Positions 1 to 9,841 of a stretch of 64,000 bases of DNA are shown here, piece after piece. Origin of the DNA: Methanobacteriota archaeon (lineage in GTDB: Archaea > Thermoplasmatota > Poseidoniia > Poseidoniales > Thalassarchaeaceae); contig JAAZXI010000001.1 in the NCBI GenBank assembly GCA_014240285.1, positions 15,593-79,592 on the forward strand, given 5' to 3'. The position numbers and the translations under genes are program-made. The notes beneath the pieces are model-generated. The model had not been told where the DNA came from, ran no database searches, and saw only the letters and a list, made by a program, of their open reading frames with translations. Each line of letters begins with the position of its first letter. The first letter of the stretch is position 1.

Positions 1-1242
1 GCCAACGATTGCAATCCCAAAGGCCCCTCCAACTTCCCTACTCGCATCGTTCGTCGCACTGCCCACTCCTGCCTTGTCATGTGGTATGGAATCCATCACC
101 ATGGTCGTCGACGGGGCCATCGTGAGGCCCATTCCCATCCCGGTCAGCAAGAATATCAGAGCCAGAACGACGTAGTCCGTGTCGACCTCTACGGTCGTGA
201 AGATTAGCATCGCCGTGCCAACCAGAGTGAGCCCGACGGCGACCACGTTGTTGCTACCGAACTTCTCACAGAGACGGTCGCTAAGAGCAGCCGCTGGCAT
301 CAGCCCCACAGGCAGTGGCAGGAAGTGCAGAGCCGCATCAAAGGCACCGAGGTCGCGGACCAGTTGGAAGTGAAGCATTTGGGTGAACATGAACGAGAAC
401 ATCACGAAGAAGGCTAGGCTGATGGCGATCAGACCCAGAGCGAAACCCCGGTCCCGGAAGAACTCAATGGGCAGCATTGGGTGCTCCACCCGTCTCTCCC
501 ATCGCACGAACAGGAAAGCGAGAATCAGACCCATTGTCCCAAGGCCCACGACCTCATTACTGGTCCACCCGGCGCTTGGCCCCTCTATGATGGCGTACAG
601 TATCGAGCCTAGCGCACCGACTGATAGCGCGGCTCCGACAGGATCCATAGGAGTCTCCTTCTCGTCGCGTGAGTTGGGCACCAGTAGCATACACAGAGCC
701 ATAGCTAGAGCGATTATCGGGGGGTTAATCCAGAAGACCATCCTCCAGTCGAAGTTCTCCACCGCCCATCCCCCTACCAGCAGGCCGATGGGCGCACCTA
801 TCCCGGCCATGCCGACCCAGATACCGACCGCCTTACCCCTCTCCTCTGGGGGGAACACCACGACGATGATCGACAGGGTGGCCGGCATCACCAGAGCCGC
901 TCCTAGCCCCATCAGAGCTCTAGCTCCGATCACATGATCAGATGTCGTGGCATACTGGGCGGTTAGTGCGGAAACCAGCCCCACCACTGCTAGACCCATC
1001 ATCAGAGCCGGCTTGCGCCCGAAACGATCCCCTACGGCTCCCATAACCAGCAACATCCCACCGAACACCACGACGTATGCATCCATAATCCACTGGAGTT
1101 CGGTATTGTCCGCCCCCAAATCCTTTGAGAGCTCGGGTAAAGCCACATTGACGGTGACGTTATTCAGCAGGGTGATTACTAGGCTCAGACTCATCACAGC
1201 GAGGATCTGCCATCGCCGCTCGTGCACCTTCTGCGTGTCCAT
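1..1242 (-). CDS. MFS-family drug/metabolite efflux transporter (C-terminus runs off window start)
   Basis: Reverse-strand translation from the ATG at 1242 reads MDTQKVHERRWQILAVMSLSLVITLLNNVTVNVALPELSKDLGADNTELQWIMDAYVVVFGGMLLVMGAVGDRFGRKPAL. This is a classic EmrB/QacA-type MFS N-terminus with multiple TM segments. The plus-strand ORFs 383..937 and 947..1270 are its shadows. Confidence 0.7.
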   Translation of the reverse strand, partial: MDTQKVHERRWQILAVMSLSLVITLLNNVTVNVALPELSKDLGADNTELQWIMDAYVVVFGGMLLVMGAVGDRFGRKPALMMGLAVVGLVSALTAQYATTSDHVIGARALMGLGAALVMPATLSIIVVVFPPEERGKAVGIWVGMAGIGAPIGLLVGGWAVENFDWRMVFWINPPIIALAMALCMLLVPNSRDEKETPMDPVGAALSVGALGSILYAIIEGPSAGWTSNEVVGLGTMGLILAFLFVRWERRVEHPMLPIEFFRDRGFALGLIAISLAFFVMFSFMFTQMLHFQLVRDLGAFDAALHFLPLPVGLMPAAALSDRLCEKFGSNNVVAVGLTLVGTAMLIFTTVEVDTDYVVLALIFLLTGMGMGLTMAPSTTMVMDSIPHDKAGVGSATNDASREVGGAFGIAIVG

Positions 1243-1320
1243 GGCCTATGCAACAACAGGCGACACATGAATGCACAGGCCGTGAGTAGGATTGATGACG
1301 GTCGAGGCGGAGCGGAGCAC

Positions 1321-1836
1321 ATGAGCCTGCCCCGGTCCTCGATGAACATGATGGGTTTCGCCGTCTGCTGCCTATGCTGCGACGAGCCTGATGTCGCCGG
1401 CTCGGAGCGCTGTCGCTCATGTATAGCGTCGCATGCCAAGACGAGGGAGAGACTCTCAACTCAGGCCACATCTAAGGCAGACAGACTGTCGAGGGAACTC
1501 GTAATCATGCTCTCCAATCCTGCCAATCACACTGAGGACTCGTTGCACGGAGAGATGATGATCCACTACACCGCACTCATCAATGCGCATCAGGGCAAGG
1601 CCCCTGCCAAGACCATAGAGGAAATTGTCGCAGTGTTCGAGAAGCAGAAGAACAAGAGACAGAAATCTCTGATTCGTGATGTCGCCAATAACAACGAGTG
1701 GCACGATGTGGAACTCAGTGCAGACCAGAGAGAGGAGATGTTGGCAAAGATTACCGGTGAGAGACCCAAGCACATGCCATCTTGGGATGAGCTTCTTTCC
1801 GAGGTTGAAAAACTCCTGGAAGAGGATGAGAGATGA
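1321..1836 (+). CDS. hypothetical zinc-ribbon protein
   Basis: The track ORF is 1222..1836. I placed the start at the internal ATG at 1321 (MSLPRSS...) because the upstream part crowds the divergent MFS start. It has a CCLCC...CRSC zinc-ribbon-like Cys cluster and an acidic C-terminus. It overlaps the next gene by 4 bp. Confidence 0.4.
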   Translation: MSLPRSSMNMMGFAVCCLCCDEPDVAGSERCRSCIASHAKTRERLSTQATSKADRLSRELVIMLSNPANHTEDSLHGEMMIHYTALINAHQGKAPAKTIEEIVAVFEKQKNKRQKSLIRDVANNNEWHDVELSADQREEMLAKITGERPKHMPSWDELLSEVEKLLEEDER

Positions 1837-2669
1837 GTGGCGAGAGGGACCCGAGGGCCCACTGGCTCGATGACGACCCATTCGAAAAGAAGACCCCTCC
1901 TGGCAGCCACAGCGCCGCTCGCGATGACGGGAACTGGCGCCAGCCGCATATTCGGGTGGTTCACGCGTCCGGCTCAGGCGCGCCTTTCATGAGGATTTTT
2001 GGTGTCGAAGAGCAGGCCAGACCCATCCCGGTTCACACCGGTTCCATCTGGCACTTTTCAAAGACCGAGATTAGCCATCTAACTCAGGCCACACTGGCCT
2101 TCTCTCTAGCACTGGCTTTCATGTCAGTTGGTGGGATAATGGGGGCCCTGAATAGTCCCCTCATTTTCATTGTAGGCGGCATTGTGTATGCCATTGCAAT
2201 AGCACCGGCATTCCTAGTTCATGAGACAGCTCACAAAGTGGTTGCACGAAAATATGGTTGCTGGGCGGAGTTCAGAGCCTCACCAGGAGGACTCAGATTT
2301 GGCATATTCATAGCAGCCCTGACAGGAATAGTATTCATGGCTCCAGGAGCAGTGATGGTGGCAGGAAATACAACTCGATCCCAGTTCGGCAAAATAGCCC
2401 TCGCAGGCCCCATTTCCAATGTTGCTCTATGGGGGCTGGGTCTAGGGGCAATACTCTTGGGGGCGGCAAATAGTACGCTTGGGGGGTTGATTCTTGTTCC
2501 CTGGCTTTGGGGGAATGCCATTTTGGGGCTGTTCAATATGTTGCCGTTCGGTCCATTGGATGGGAAGAAGATTCGAACATGGTCGGTCCCGATTTTCTGG
2601 ATCTGGCTGATTATTTGTGTGAGTATGGTATGGTTCAATTTCACACAACTCAACGCTTTCCTTGGTTAA
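1833..2669 (+). CDS. site-2 protease (M50 family intramembrane zinc metalloprotease)
   Basis: HExxH motif (LVHETAHKVV), a second motif NMLPFGPLDG, and multiple TM helices. Confidence 0.8.
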   Translation: MSGERDPRAHWLDDDPFEKKTPPGSHSAARDDGNWRQPHIRVVHASGSGAPFMRIFGVEEQARPIPVHTGSIWHFSKTEISHLTQATLAFSLALAFMSVGGIMGALNSPLIFIVGGIVYAIAIAPAFLVHETAHKVVARKYGCWAEFRASPGGLRFGIFIAALTGIVFMAPGAVMVAGNTTRSQFGKIALAGPISNVALWGLGLGAILLGAANSTLGGLILVPWLWGNAILGLFNMLPFGPLDGKKIRTWSVPIFWIWLIICVSMVWFNFTQLNAFLG

Positions 2670-2953
2670 ATGGCATCTTCAAAAGTGTCTGGGCTGAGAA
2701 CCTCTTCAGCATCATCACGGGCCGAGAAGCCCACAAATCTCGCTAGAGCAGAACCCGACAGAGAGTCAACAAACCCTCCTAGAAATACCTTGGAGAGAAC
2801 TTCGTCCTTGGAGCCCTTTTGGGACATTCGCTTGAGCTTGCGCAACTGGTAGGCCACAGAGGGTTGACTCACACCAATCTCTTCAGCAATCTCTCGCTGA
2901 CTGTAGCCCAATGCGCGCATTTTGGCGATGGTGGCGAGTTTACCTGGTTCCAT
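2666..2953 (-). CDS. small HTH-domain transcriptional regulator
   Basis: N-terminal HTH (LGYSQREIAEEIGVSQPSVAYQLRKLK). Confidence 0.5.
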   Translation of the reverse strand: MEPGKLATIAKMRALGYSQREIAEEIGVSQPSVAYQLRKLKRMSQKGSKDEVLSKVFLGGFVDSLSGSALARFVGFSARDDAEEVLSPDTFEDAI

Positions 2954-3022
2954 GAAGTGTGGAAAACCGCCATTTTATTGAATGTGCCTATCAATGATAG
3001 GAATAAGCCCGCAGTTATTCGA

Positions 3023-4750
3023 TTACTCAATAGCATTCAGCACAGGCTTCTCATCGCAGTGGAAGAAGGTCATCAGTGCCCACCAAGTAATCATATCAAG
3101 GCTGTTTACGAGATTCGAGACACCCGTGTTTTCCTCCCCGTAGTCCTTGCCGGTGGTGTCCATCCAATCCTCCATCTCATCCAGAGTGTCACAGGTCTGG
3201 TGGTAACACCAGTAGCCGTCGACCAGCCCTCCGAAACCCACAGTGACGGTGCCGAGGTTGTCCTGAAAGCTTGCATGATCACTCCTCGCAGTGGTGTCCT
3301 CGTAGACAATAATCTCAGGTCTGTCCATATCCATCCAGACATCAGTCTTCCATGTGTCTGCCGTGTAGTTCAACCCGACCAGTGTACCCATCTGCTCTTC
3401 AAGTCCGAGAGCATCTCCTCCTATCCATTGAGACAGCCCTACCATCCCTGGCTGGTCTAGACGGTCGTGGTTAGGTCCGGGGCCAATGTAAACCCGCATC
3501 GGCCAAACCTCGGAGTCCTTTGGGTAACCGTCCTCGTCGATTTGTGGGTCAGGATCTCCATGCGGTGCCCCACCCCCGCCGGGCCAGTTCACTCCAGCCA
3601 TGTCGAGATTGATGTAATTCGTGACCGTGACTTCAGGATGATCTTCCTTGACGTAATACTCTGTCCAGTAATCGGAACCACGCTTACCCCCCTCCTCTCC
3701 AGACCACAGGCAGAACACCATCGTCCGGCGCGACTCGAATCCAGCTAGGACCTTTGCAGTCTCCAAAACCATCGAGGTACCTGCTGTGTTGTCATAGGCA
3801 CCCACACGCGTGCCATAGGTTCTCGAGCCGGTTGTGTGTGGATCGAGTATGACGGCGTTGGCAGGCGGTGCAATATCGAAGTGTGCTCCGAATACCAACC
3901 ATTCATTGGGCGTCTCGGAACCCCATTTGTACGCGCAGACGTTGTACGCCTCAGGATTTTGAATGTTGAAGATGTCAGTAAACTCGAAGCGATGAGTCAT
4001 CACCTCTAATCCGAATGAATCTAATTCGGAAATGAGGTATTGAGCCGCATCCTCGTAGGCCGGGTTGCCCTGTCCGGCCCACCTGTCCCAGTAGCCGGAG
4101 CGGCCGTCTACGTCGAGAGCTAGGCTCGGGTCAGTGATTTCGTGCAGCCTGTCGTACACTATCCTACCATGCAGTAACCCACTGGAATGTGCACCACCCT
4201 GGTCAAGTCCTATGGTCTCTGGTCTGAGGGAGTCAACGGTCTTGGTTGAGACACGCCCACCCTGCTCGCTACTGTGGTTGACAGTGTCGAGTGTCGAGTT
4301 CTCATCATGGGCAACGCGCATCACACCGTTACCATCTTTCCCAGCGTCCCCTCCTCTCATCAACCAACTCATCCAGGACTCGCTGGCATCACGTGCAGGC
4401 CAATGCTCCCGCCCTCTTACTCCAACCATCAGTAGAACGCTATCTATCCTCGGCGGCGCGAGCAGTTCCAGGGTGACACTTGATCCGGAGGAGAGGTCAA
4501 TCACGGTTGAGTTCTGCACGTATCCAGTTGCTGGGTCGATGACCAAATATGGGACATAGACCGACATGGCGGCCTTGGCACTGAGTTCGACCTGCTGGAA
4601 TACTCCTGCCTCTAAGACCTCAGGATTAACGCTTAGACTAGATGCGTTCGCCGGACTCTCTTCTTCGGGGAATATGCACCCACCGAGCGGCGCTGAGACC
4701 ATCACAGCGACCAGCAGGAAGGCGATTCCACTTCGCGAGCGCACGCCCAT
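3023..4750 (-). CDS. secreted M28-family zinc aminopeptidase (lipoprotein-like signal)
   Basis: Signal peptide with LGGC lipobox-like motif. M28 hallmarks: FGAHFD, a GAYDNTAGTSMVLE-type segment, SGEEGG. Confidence 0.75.
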   Translation of the reverse strand: MGVRSRSGIAFLLVAVMVSAPLGGCIFPEEESPANASSLSVNPEVLEAGVFQQVELSAKAAMSVYVPYLVIDPATGYVQNSTVIDLSSGSSVTLELLAPPRIDSVLLMVGVRGREHWPARDASESWMSWLMRGGDAGKDGNGVMRVAHDENSTLDTVNHSSEQGGRVSTKTVDSLRPETIGLDQGGAHSSGLLHGRIVYDRLHEITDPSLALDVDGRSGYWDRWAGQGNPAYEDAAQYLISELDSFGLEVMTHRFEFTDIFNIQNPEAYNVCAYKWGSETPNEWLVFGAHFDIAPPANAVILDPHTTGSRTYGTRVGAYDNTAGTSMVLETAKVLAGFESRRTMVFCLWSGEEGGKRGSDYWTEYYVKEDHPEVTVTNYINLDMAGVNWPGGGGAPHGDPDPQIDEDGYPKDSEVWPMRVYIGPGPNHDRLDQPGMVGLSQWIGGDALGLEEQMGTLVGLNYTADTWKTDVWMDMDRPEIIVYEDTTARSDHASFQDNLGTVTVGFGGLVDGYWCYHQTCDTLDEMEDWMDTTGKDYGEENTGVSNLVNSLDMITWWALMTFFHCDEKPVLNAIE

Positions 4751-4781
4751 GCGAGCGACGGCTTCGTGTTCAATGCCTCGG

Positions 4782-5477
4782 TCAGACTGACGGAGGCATC
4801 TGTATCTGAGTCGCTTCCTTCGGATCTTTCAGCACGAGGGCCAGAATGCCTCCAAGAAGTAGGAAGCAGACACCACAGCCGGAAAGACCCACTCCACCCA
4901 GAATCCCCATAACGCCACCTAAACCCCCGGTAACGCCTTCAACTAACTTCCCGAGAAGGTAATCATCGTTCGTAACCGAAACCTCCACATTCGACTCGAA
5001 TTCCATCGGTCCCGCGTAGCAAGCAAGGCAAGCTCTTCCCACTTTGATTAGACCTTCACCTTCTCTGTCACGATTCACGTTTTCTTCATCTGCCTCGCAC
5101 CCATCATACCACTCATTGACCTCGTAGTAGAATGAGCCATTTAGTTCTCGAGCATCTTCTCCGAACCACTCATCATCACTGATTTCAGGGTGTGATAGTA
5201 TGGTGATGTTTGTCGCTGCACAGTGGTCCCACCTTCCATCTCCATCCTCATCGAGGTACTCACCCTCAATCCAGAAGGTGAAACCCAGATCTCCCTTCCC
5301 GTCTTCGTCTGTCACATTGACCGTGCCTGAGTTAGCGTTCTCGATGGCAAAGTCATCCAAATCTTCGAATGAGTCTCCTACTTCTTCTAGGGTTTTTCCA
5401 CCCGAATTCGCCATCACAAGCCCGAGTACTAGAAACAATACTCCGAGCCCAAGGAATACCTTTCCAGCTACATGCAT
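4782..5477 (-). CDS. acidic membrane-anchored hypothetical protein
   Basis: N-terminal signal/TM, a D/E-rich ectodomain, and a C-terminal Gly-rich TM segment. Confidence 0.45.
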   Translation of the reverse strand: MHVAGKVFLGLGVLFLVLGLVMANSGGKTLEEVGDSFEDLDDFAIENANSGTVNVTDEDGKGDLGFTFWIEGEYLDEDGDGRWDHCAATNITILSHPEISDDEWFGEDARELNGSFYYEVNEWYDGCEADEENVNRDREGEGLIKVGRACLACYAGPMEFESNVEVSVTNDDYLLGKLVEGVTGGLGGVMGILGGVGLSGCGVCFLLLGGILALVLKDPKEATQIQMPPSV

Positions 5478-5521
5478 TAGTTACTGCTGGGGGGCTAGTC
5501 CCCTTCAGCATTGGGCCTGCG

Positions 5522-6337
5522 TCACCGGTTGAATACGGATAGGCAGGTCAGAGAACCATCGGCTTGCCTGATAGCGTCCATGTCGACACTGGTGATTGAG
5601 AAGCCAGCATCCAGCATGACCTGCCTCGTGGAGGCGTATCCGTCAGCGATGATCACGCGGTCACCCGAGTAGCCGATGGTGTTGGCCGCGTACGAGTCTG
5701 AGTTAGGGACCCACAGTATCTCTTCTGCCAGATGACCTATTTGTTTTGGAGTCAGGTGCCCCTCAGCTGCGAGCAGTGTACCCTCACGGGGTGAGGAGCA
5801 TACAGTGGTCAGGTGCAGTGTCGAGGAGGGGATATTGATGAGCTCCACATCGAAACCTTCCTCTCTGACCTGTTCAGTCAGAAAGGCCGCTCCAGCCTGA
5901 TTTGTGCGGGTTGAAACCCCAATCAGGTAACGGTCGTCGAAGAACACAACATCACCTCCGTCGAGGGTTGCGCCCTTTGGCATCCTGAGGATGTTGGAGC
6001 CTTCAGAGAGGTACTCGGCCACGGCCTCTTCCTCCCCCCTTCGGCTGGGCGCACCTAGATTGCTGATCAGAGCGACTCCGTCAATCATTACAGCGCAGTC
6101 CTCGACGAAGCAGCAGTCAGGATGAGTATCCAAGGCGTCTAGGACCTCAACATCCGTGCCATGCGCTCGGAGTGCCATCACGTACGCATCGTGGGAGCCC
6201 TGTGCGGCCACAGGATCGGGGGTTTGTGTGCCGAAATACTTTGATAAAGCTCTGTCAAAATTTGGGGAAACACGCCTCACAACAGCCGCGCGGCGACTTC
6301 TGTCGTAGGCTCCAGGCACGGCAGGCCGTCCGACCAA
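5522..6337 (-). CDS. dimethylarginine dimethylaminohydrolase (DDAH, amidinotransferase superfamily)
   Basis: The C-terminal catalytic-Cys motif GSLTCLSV matches the DDAH LTCCSV motif. Size is about 270 aa. Confidence 0.75.
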   Translation of the reverse strand: MVGRPAVPGAYDRSRRAAVVRRVSPNFDRALSKYFGTQTPDPVAAQGSHDAYVMALRAHGTDVEVLDALDTHPDCCFVEDCAVMIDGVALISNLGAPSRRGEEEAVAEYLSEGSNILRMPKGATLDGGDVVFFDDRYLIGVSTRTNQAGAAFLTEQVREEGFDVELINIPSSTLHLTTVCSSPREGTLLAAEGHLTPKQIGHLAEEILWVPNSDSYAANTIGYSGDRVIIADGYASTRQVMLDAGFSITSVDMDAIRQADGSLTCLSVFNR

Positions 6338-6343
6338 TCTCTC

Positions 6344-6850
6344 TTGAACGATTCGGAATCCGGGAACCCCCTTCCGAAATCAGGAATTCAGGAACGAGGC
6401 ATTATGGACGGTTTCGCACCGCTTACAGGCATGGACCTGGTCGATAAGACCGACGAGTCTGGAAAGCACATCAGCCCAGGATTGCCTGAGGGGATGAAAA
6501 ATTACCTCGTCGACATTGATGGCACTGTCGGCGAGGACGTACCCAATGAGGAAGCCCACAGAATGTCCTCCGCAGAGGCCTACCCGGATGCTATCGAGAC
6601 AATCAATGGCTGGTACGACGAGGGTCACCGGATATGCTTCTTCACGGCTAGGGTCGAGGAGCATCGAGAGGTCACCGAGGCCTGGCTGGCCGAGAAGGGG
6701 TTCCACTACCACACCTTACTGATGGGCAAACCAAGGGGAGGTAACTACCATTGGATAGACAACCACGTAGTACGGGCCACCCGTTATTCTTCGAGGTTCA
6801 CTGACCTCATCAAACGCAAGGTCGAAATCGAGGTCTTCGATGACGAGTGA
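6344..6850 (+). CDS. HAD-superfamily hydrolase/phosphatase
   Basis: HAD motif I, YLVDIDGTV. The start could instead be the internal ATG at 6404. Confidence 0.55.
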   Translation: MNDSESGNPLPKSGIQERGIMDGFAPLTGMDLVDKTDESGKHISPGLPEGMKNYLVDIDGTVGEDVPNEEAHRMSSAEAYPDAIETINGWYDEGHRICFFTARVEEHREVTEAWLAEKGFHYHTLLMGKPRGGNYHWIDNHVVRATRYSSRFTDLIKRKVEIEVFDDE

Positions 6851-8114
6851 TCCCCTGACTCCGCTGGACGAGCTTCTCAAACAACGTGAAGCGCATCTCG
6901 GAAAGGCCCTCTCCATCGCTCATGGAAAGCCCCTTCACATTACTCACGGACGCATGCAGTACTTGTTCGCTGCAGACGGCACTCGATACCTAGATCTCGT
7001 GAACAATGTATGCCATGTTGGCCACTCGAACCCCAGAGTAGTCGAGGCGGGCCAGCGTCAGATGGCTTTACTGAACACTAACACCAGATACGTCTACGAC
7101 GGCCTCACCGAGTATCTCGGCAGGCTCGCAGCAACCCTCCCCGAGAGGCTCTGCGTTGGTTTCCTAGTCAATTCAGGCAGCGAGGCCAACGAGTTGGCTG
7201 TACGTATAGCACGCGCACATACGGGTGCCCACGATATGGTGGTGGTCGAAGGCGCCTATCATGGGCACACAGGGATGCTAATCGAACTCAGTCCGTACAA
7301 ATTCAGGGGGCCGGGTGGAAAGGGGGAGCCCGAGCCATGGGTACATGTGGTTCCAATTCCGGACACCTACAGGGGTGTCGAGCGAGACTACGCAGCCGAG
7401 TTGGGTGAAATTGTAGCCGACGCTGCCCCGATTGCTGGCTTCCTAGTTGAGTCGATGCTGTCGTGCGCCGGACAAATACCGCTACCGTCCGATTACCTTC
7501 CAGCAGCTTTCGAACACGTTCGTGCAGCAGGTGGGTTGTGCATAGCCGACGAAGTCCAAGTCGGATTCGGTAGAGTTGGCACACATATGTGGGCCTTCGA
7601 GGAGCATGGGGTGGTGCCCGACATCGTGGTGATGGGCAAGCCGATGGGAAACGGACATCCGATGGCTGCGGTGTTCACAACACCTGAGATAGCAGCCTCG
7701 TTCGGGGAGATGGAATTCTTCTCGACCTTCGGTGGCAATCCCGTGTCATGCGCTGTCGGGATGGCAGTGCTCGATGCCATCGAGGAGGATGGGCTAATGC
7801 AGCGTGCCACAGAGTTGGGAGGACGTTTCATGGCAGGGCTCCGTGAGTTGCAAAAACGTCATTCAATCATCGGCGATGTCAGAGGGAGAGGACTGTTCCT
7901 CGGAATCGAGTTGGTGCGCGACCGCGAAACACAGGAGCCAGCCACCGAAGAAACAGCTAGTATTGTCGATGAGATGCGAGACAGAAATGTACTACTGAGC
8001 ACTGACGGACCGCATCACAATGTCATCAAAATCAAGCCGCCTATGGTACTCTCCAAGGAAGATGTCGACACAACTCTGCACTTACTAAACGAATCCCTCA
8101 ATCAGTCTCTTTGA
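6840..8114 (+). CDS. class III PLP-dependent aminotransferase (AGXT2 / ethanolamine-phosphate phospho-lyase-like)
   Basis: Class III AT motifs: NSGSEANE, IADEVQVGFGRVG, and the YHGHT pattern. Confidence 0.8.
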   Translation: MTSDPLTPLDELLKQREAHLGKALSIAHGKPLHITHGRMQYLFAADGTRYLDLVNNVCHVGHSNPRVVEAGQRQMALLNTNTRYVYDGLTEYLGRLAATLPERLCVGFLVNSGSEANELAVRIARAHTGAHDMVVVEGAYHGHTGMLIELSPYKFRGPGGKGEPEPWVHVVPIPDTYRGVERDYAAELGEIVADAAPIAGFLVESMLSCAGQIPLPSDYLPAAFEHVRAAGGLCIADEVQVGFGRVGTHMWAFEEHGVVPDIVVMGKPMGNGHPMAAVFTTPEIAASFGEMEFFSTFGGNPVSCAVGMAVLDAIEEDGLMQRATELGGRFMAGLRELQKRHSIIGDVRGRGLFLGIELVRDRETQEPATEETASIVDEMRDRNVLLSTDGPHHNVIKIKPPMVLSKEDVDTTLHLLNESLNQSL

Positions 8115-8118
8115 AATA

Positions 8119-8140
8119 GGGCGGGCTAGGCGGCCCGCCC
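8119..8140. other. perfect 8-bp GC hairpin (GGGCGGGC-TAGGCG-GCCCGCCC)
   Basis: It sits between the aminotransferase stop at 8114 and the MarC start at 8141. There is no T-tract. Confidence 0.3.
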
Positions 8141-8767
8141 ATGGATTTCACCGCCTTCACACTAGTCTGCATCCCACTCTTGGTTGTGGTCAACCCTCCC
8201 GCTTCTCTCGCACTCTTCCTAACCTTAGGAAAGGATCTCGATAGGAGTGAATTGCGGACAATAGCTCGGCGTGCTTGCACATTTGCTGCTGTGGTCCTGA
8301 TGGTTTTCCTAGTATCTGGAGAAGACCTCCTTCATCACTTGGGAATAGAACTCTACAGTCTCCGTGTTGCTGGCGGTCTGATGCTCGGTATAGCAGGAAT
8401 CAATATGCTCAAAGAAGGGCAAAAACTCTCTAAGAAACAATTCTCACTTGATTCAGGAGACGAGATCTCAACTGATGAATTGATTGATTTCGGACTAGTA
8501 CCTATAGGAATGCCAATGCTCGCTGGCCCTGGTTCGATTAGTCTGATTATTCTCCTAGGAACTACCAACAGTGCACCGATGGTAGCGGGGGCAATCCTTC
8601 TAGTGATGCTGGTATCAATGCTGATATTCTATGTTGTTTCCAGCATGCAGCACGCCATAGGTGAGAACAGCACTAGAGTAATCACGCGTGTGATGGGCTT
8701 GCTCACGGTTACCATCGCAGTGCAGTACTTCTTCGATGGGTTAGAGGGCTGGTACCTCACACTTTGA
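8141..8767 (+). CDS. MarC-family (UPF0056) integral membrane protein
   Basis: About 200 aa with six TM segments and a MarC-like pattern (…LGTTNSAP…). Confidence 0.7.
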   Translation: MDFTAFTLVCIPLLVVVNPPASLALFLTLGKDLDRSELRTIARRACTFAAVVLMVFLVSGEDLLHHLGIELYSLRVAGGLMLGIAGINMLKEGQKLSKKQFSLDSGDEISTDELIDFGLVPIGMPMLAGPGSISLIILLGTTNSAPMVAGAILLVMLVSMLIFYVVSSMQHAIGENSTRVITRVMGLLTVTIAVQYFFDGLEGWYLTL

Positions 8768-8844
8768 TGGTGGACGTAGCGAGATTTGAACTCGCGGCCT
8801 CTTCGTTGCGAACGAAGCGATCTTCCAGGCTGATCTATACGCCC
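8768..8844 (-). tRNA. tRNA-Ala (anticodon CGC), CCA encoded
   Basis: Manual fold: 7-bp acceptor stem with G3:U70 (the Ala identity element), anticodon loop TTCGCAA, T-arm GCGAG-TTCAAAT-CTCGC, 3' ACCA. Confidence 0.85.
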
Positions 8845-8865
8845 TCGGTTCTATTCGCAGCCCGC

Positions 8866-8887
8866 CCGGCTTTAGTATTCACTAGCC
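8866..8887. repeat. 22-bp direct repeat, left copy (CCGGCTTTAGTATTCACTAGCC)
   Basis: 20 of 22 positions identical to the copy at 9829..9850. Confidence 0.6.
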
Positions 8888-8908
8888 TTATTTTCACCGT
8901 TCAGATTT

Positions 8909-9841
8909 CTAATCGGTTTTGACTCGATACGCAAATGGCACAGTCGAACCATATTTCACAAATTCATTGCTCGATGGATGCAAGAAACCGAGCGAAGTTG
9001 CATGTAAACAGATTCGGTTTAGAGGGTTCATTGTGGCCCCATGTACTATGTCGCCAACCACCGGACAGCCTAGAAATTGCATCGCCATTCGTATTTGGTG
9101 TCGGCGCCCAGTCTCTATTTTGATTTCAATCAAAGATACAAATTCATCTTGATCTTCAACTCGCCAATGCGTGATGGATTCTTTCGATCCTTTGAAGGTT
9201 GATTTGACACGTTTAACGTGCAGATGTTTGTCTTCCACAAGCCAAGATGAATCTATCCCTTCAGAATTTTTAGGTCTTCCCTCCACAAGGGCATGGTAGA
9301 CACGTTCTACATCACGTTGAGCAAATTGAGTCTGCAGAATTTCTTTAATTTCGTGATTTTTAGCAAATACCATGACCCCAGATGTATCACGGTCCAATCG
9401 ATGCACGATGTGGCACCATGCTCGCTCTGATTGGCGCTTTACATAATCCACACAGCGACTGTGTAGGGTATCATCCTCAAGCTTGTCTGTGGCGACAGAA
9501 AGTAGACCTGCTGGTTTTTCTACAACTAAAATAAAATCATCCTCGAACAGAATTTTCAATTTAGAAAATTGCCTTTTTGGCTTTGGTGGAGGTGATTTTT
9601 CCACCGCATCCGCGTGATTGATAACCTGTATTTCGTCGCCACTAACGAGCAATTCTTTGGCCCTATAAACCGGTGTTCCATTGACCAAAACTCTACCCTC
9701 TGTCAGCATTTTCCTCAATTTGGTTTTCGTCGATTGGGGGAACATCAACGCCAATGTAGGGAGTAGAAAACTCCCTTCTTTGACATTGAATTCCATATTG
9801 GGACCCCTCAGTCTGATTCTCAGGGCATCCGGCTTTAGCAT
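8909..9841 (-). CDS. RluA/RluD-family pseudouridine synthase with S4 domain
   Basis: HRLDRDTSG catalytic motif plus an N-terminal S4-like segment. The ORF is visibly AT-richer than its flanks. Confidence 0.8.
   Translation of the reverse strand: MLKPDALRIRLRGPNMEFNVKEGSFLLPTLALMFPQSTKTKLRKMLTEGRVLVNGTPVYRAKELLVSGDEIQVINHADAVEKSPPPKPKRQFSKLKILFEDDFILVVEKPAGLLSVATDKLEDDTLHSRCVDYVKRQSERAWCHIVHRLDRDTSGVMVFAKNHEIKEILQTQFAQRDVERVYHALVEGRPKNSEGIDSSWLVEDKHLHVKRVKSTFKGSKESITHWRVEDQDEFVSLIEIKIETGRRHQIRMAMQFLGCPVVGDIVHGATMNPLNRICLHATSLGFLHPSSNEFVKYGSTVPFAYRVKTD

Noticed and set aside
383-1270. Plus-strand ORFs 383..937 and 947..1270
   Set aside because: Low-complexity Pro/Ser/Arg-rich translations. 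They are shadows of the minus-strand MFS transporter, whose translation is clean.
8119-8140. Intrinsic terminator
   Set aside because: A GC-rich perfect hairpin but without a following T-tract. Archaeal termination signals are oligo-T. I kept it only as an unexplained hairpin.
8768-8844. tRNA-Ala as an integrase target (classic 3'-end integration)
   Set aside because: The inserted segment lies on the 5' side of the tRNA, and the direct repeats do not include tRNA sequence. I therefore described it only as an insertion with flanking repeats, not a tRNA-targeting integrative element.
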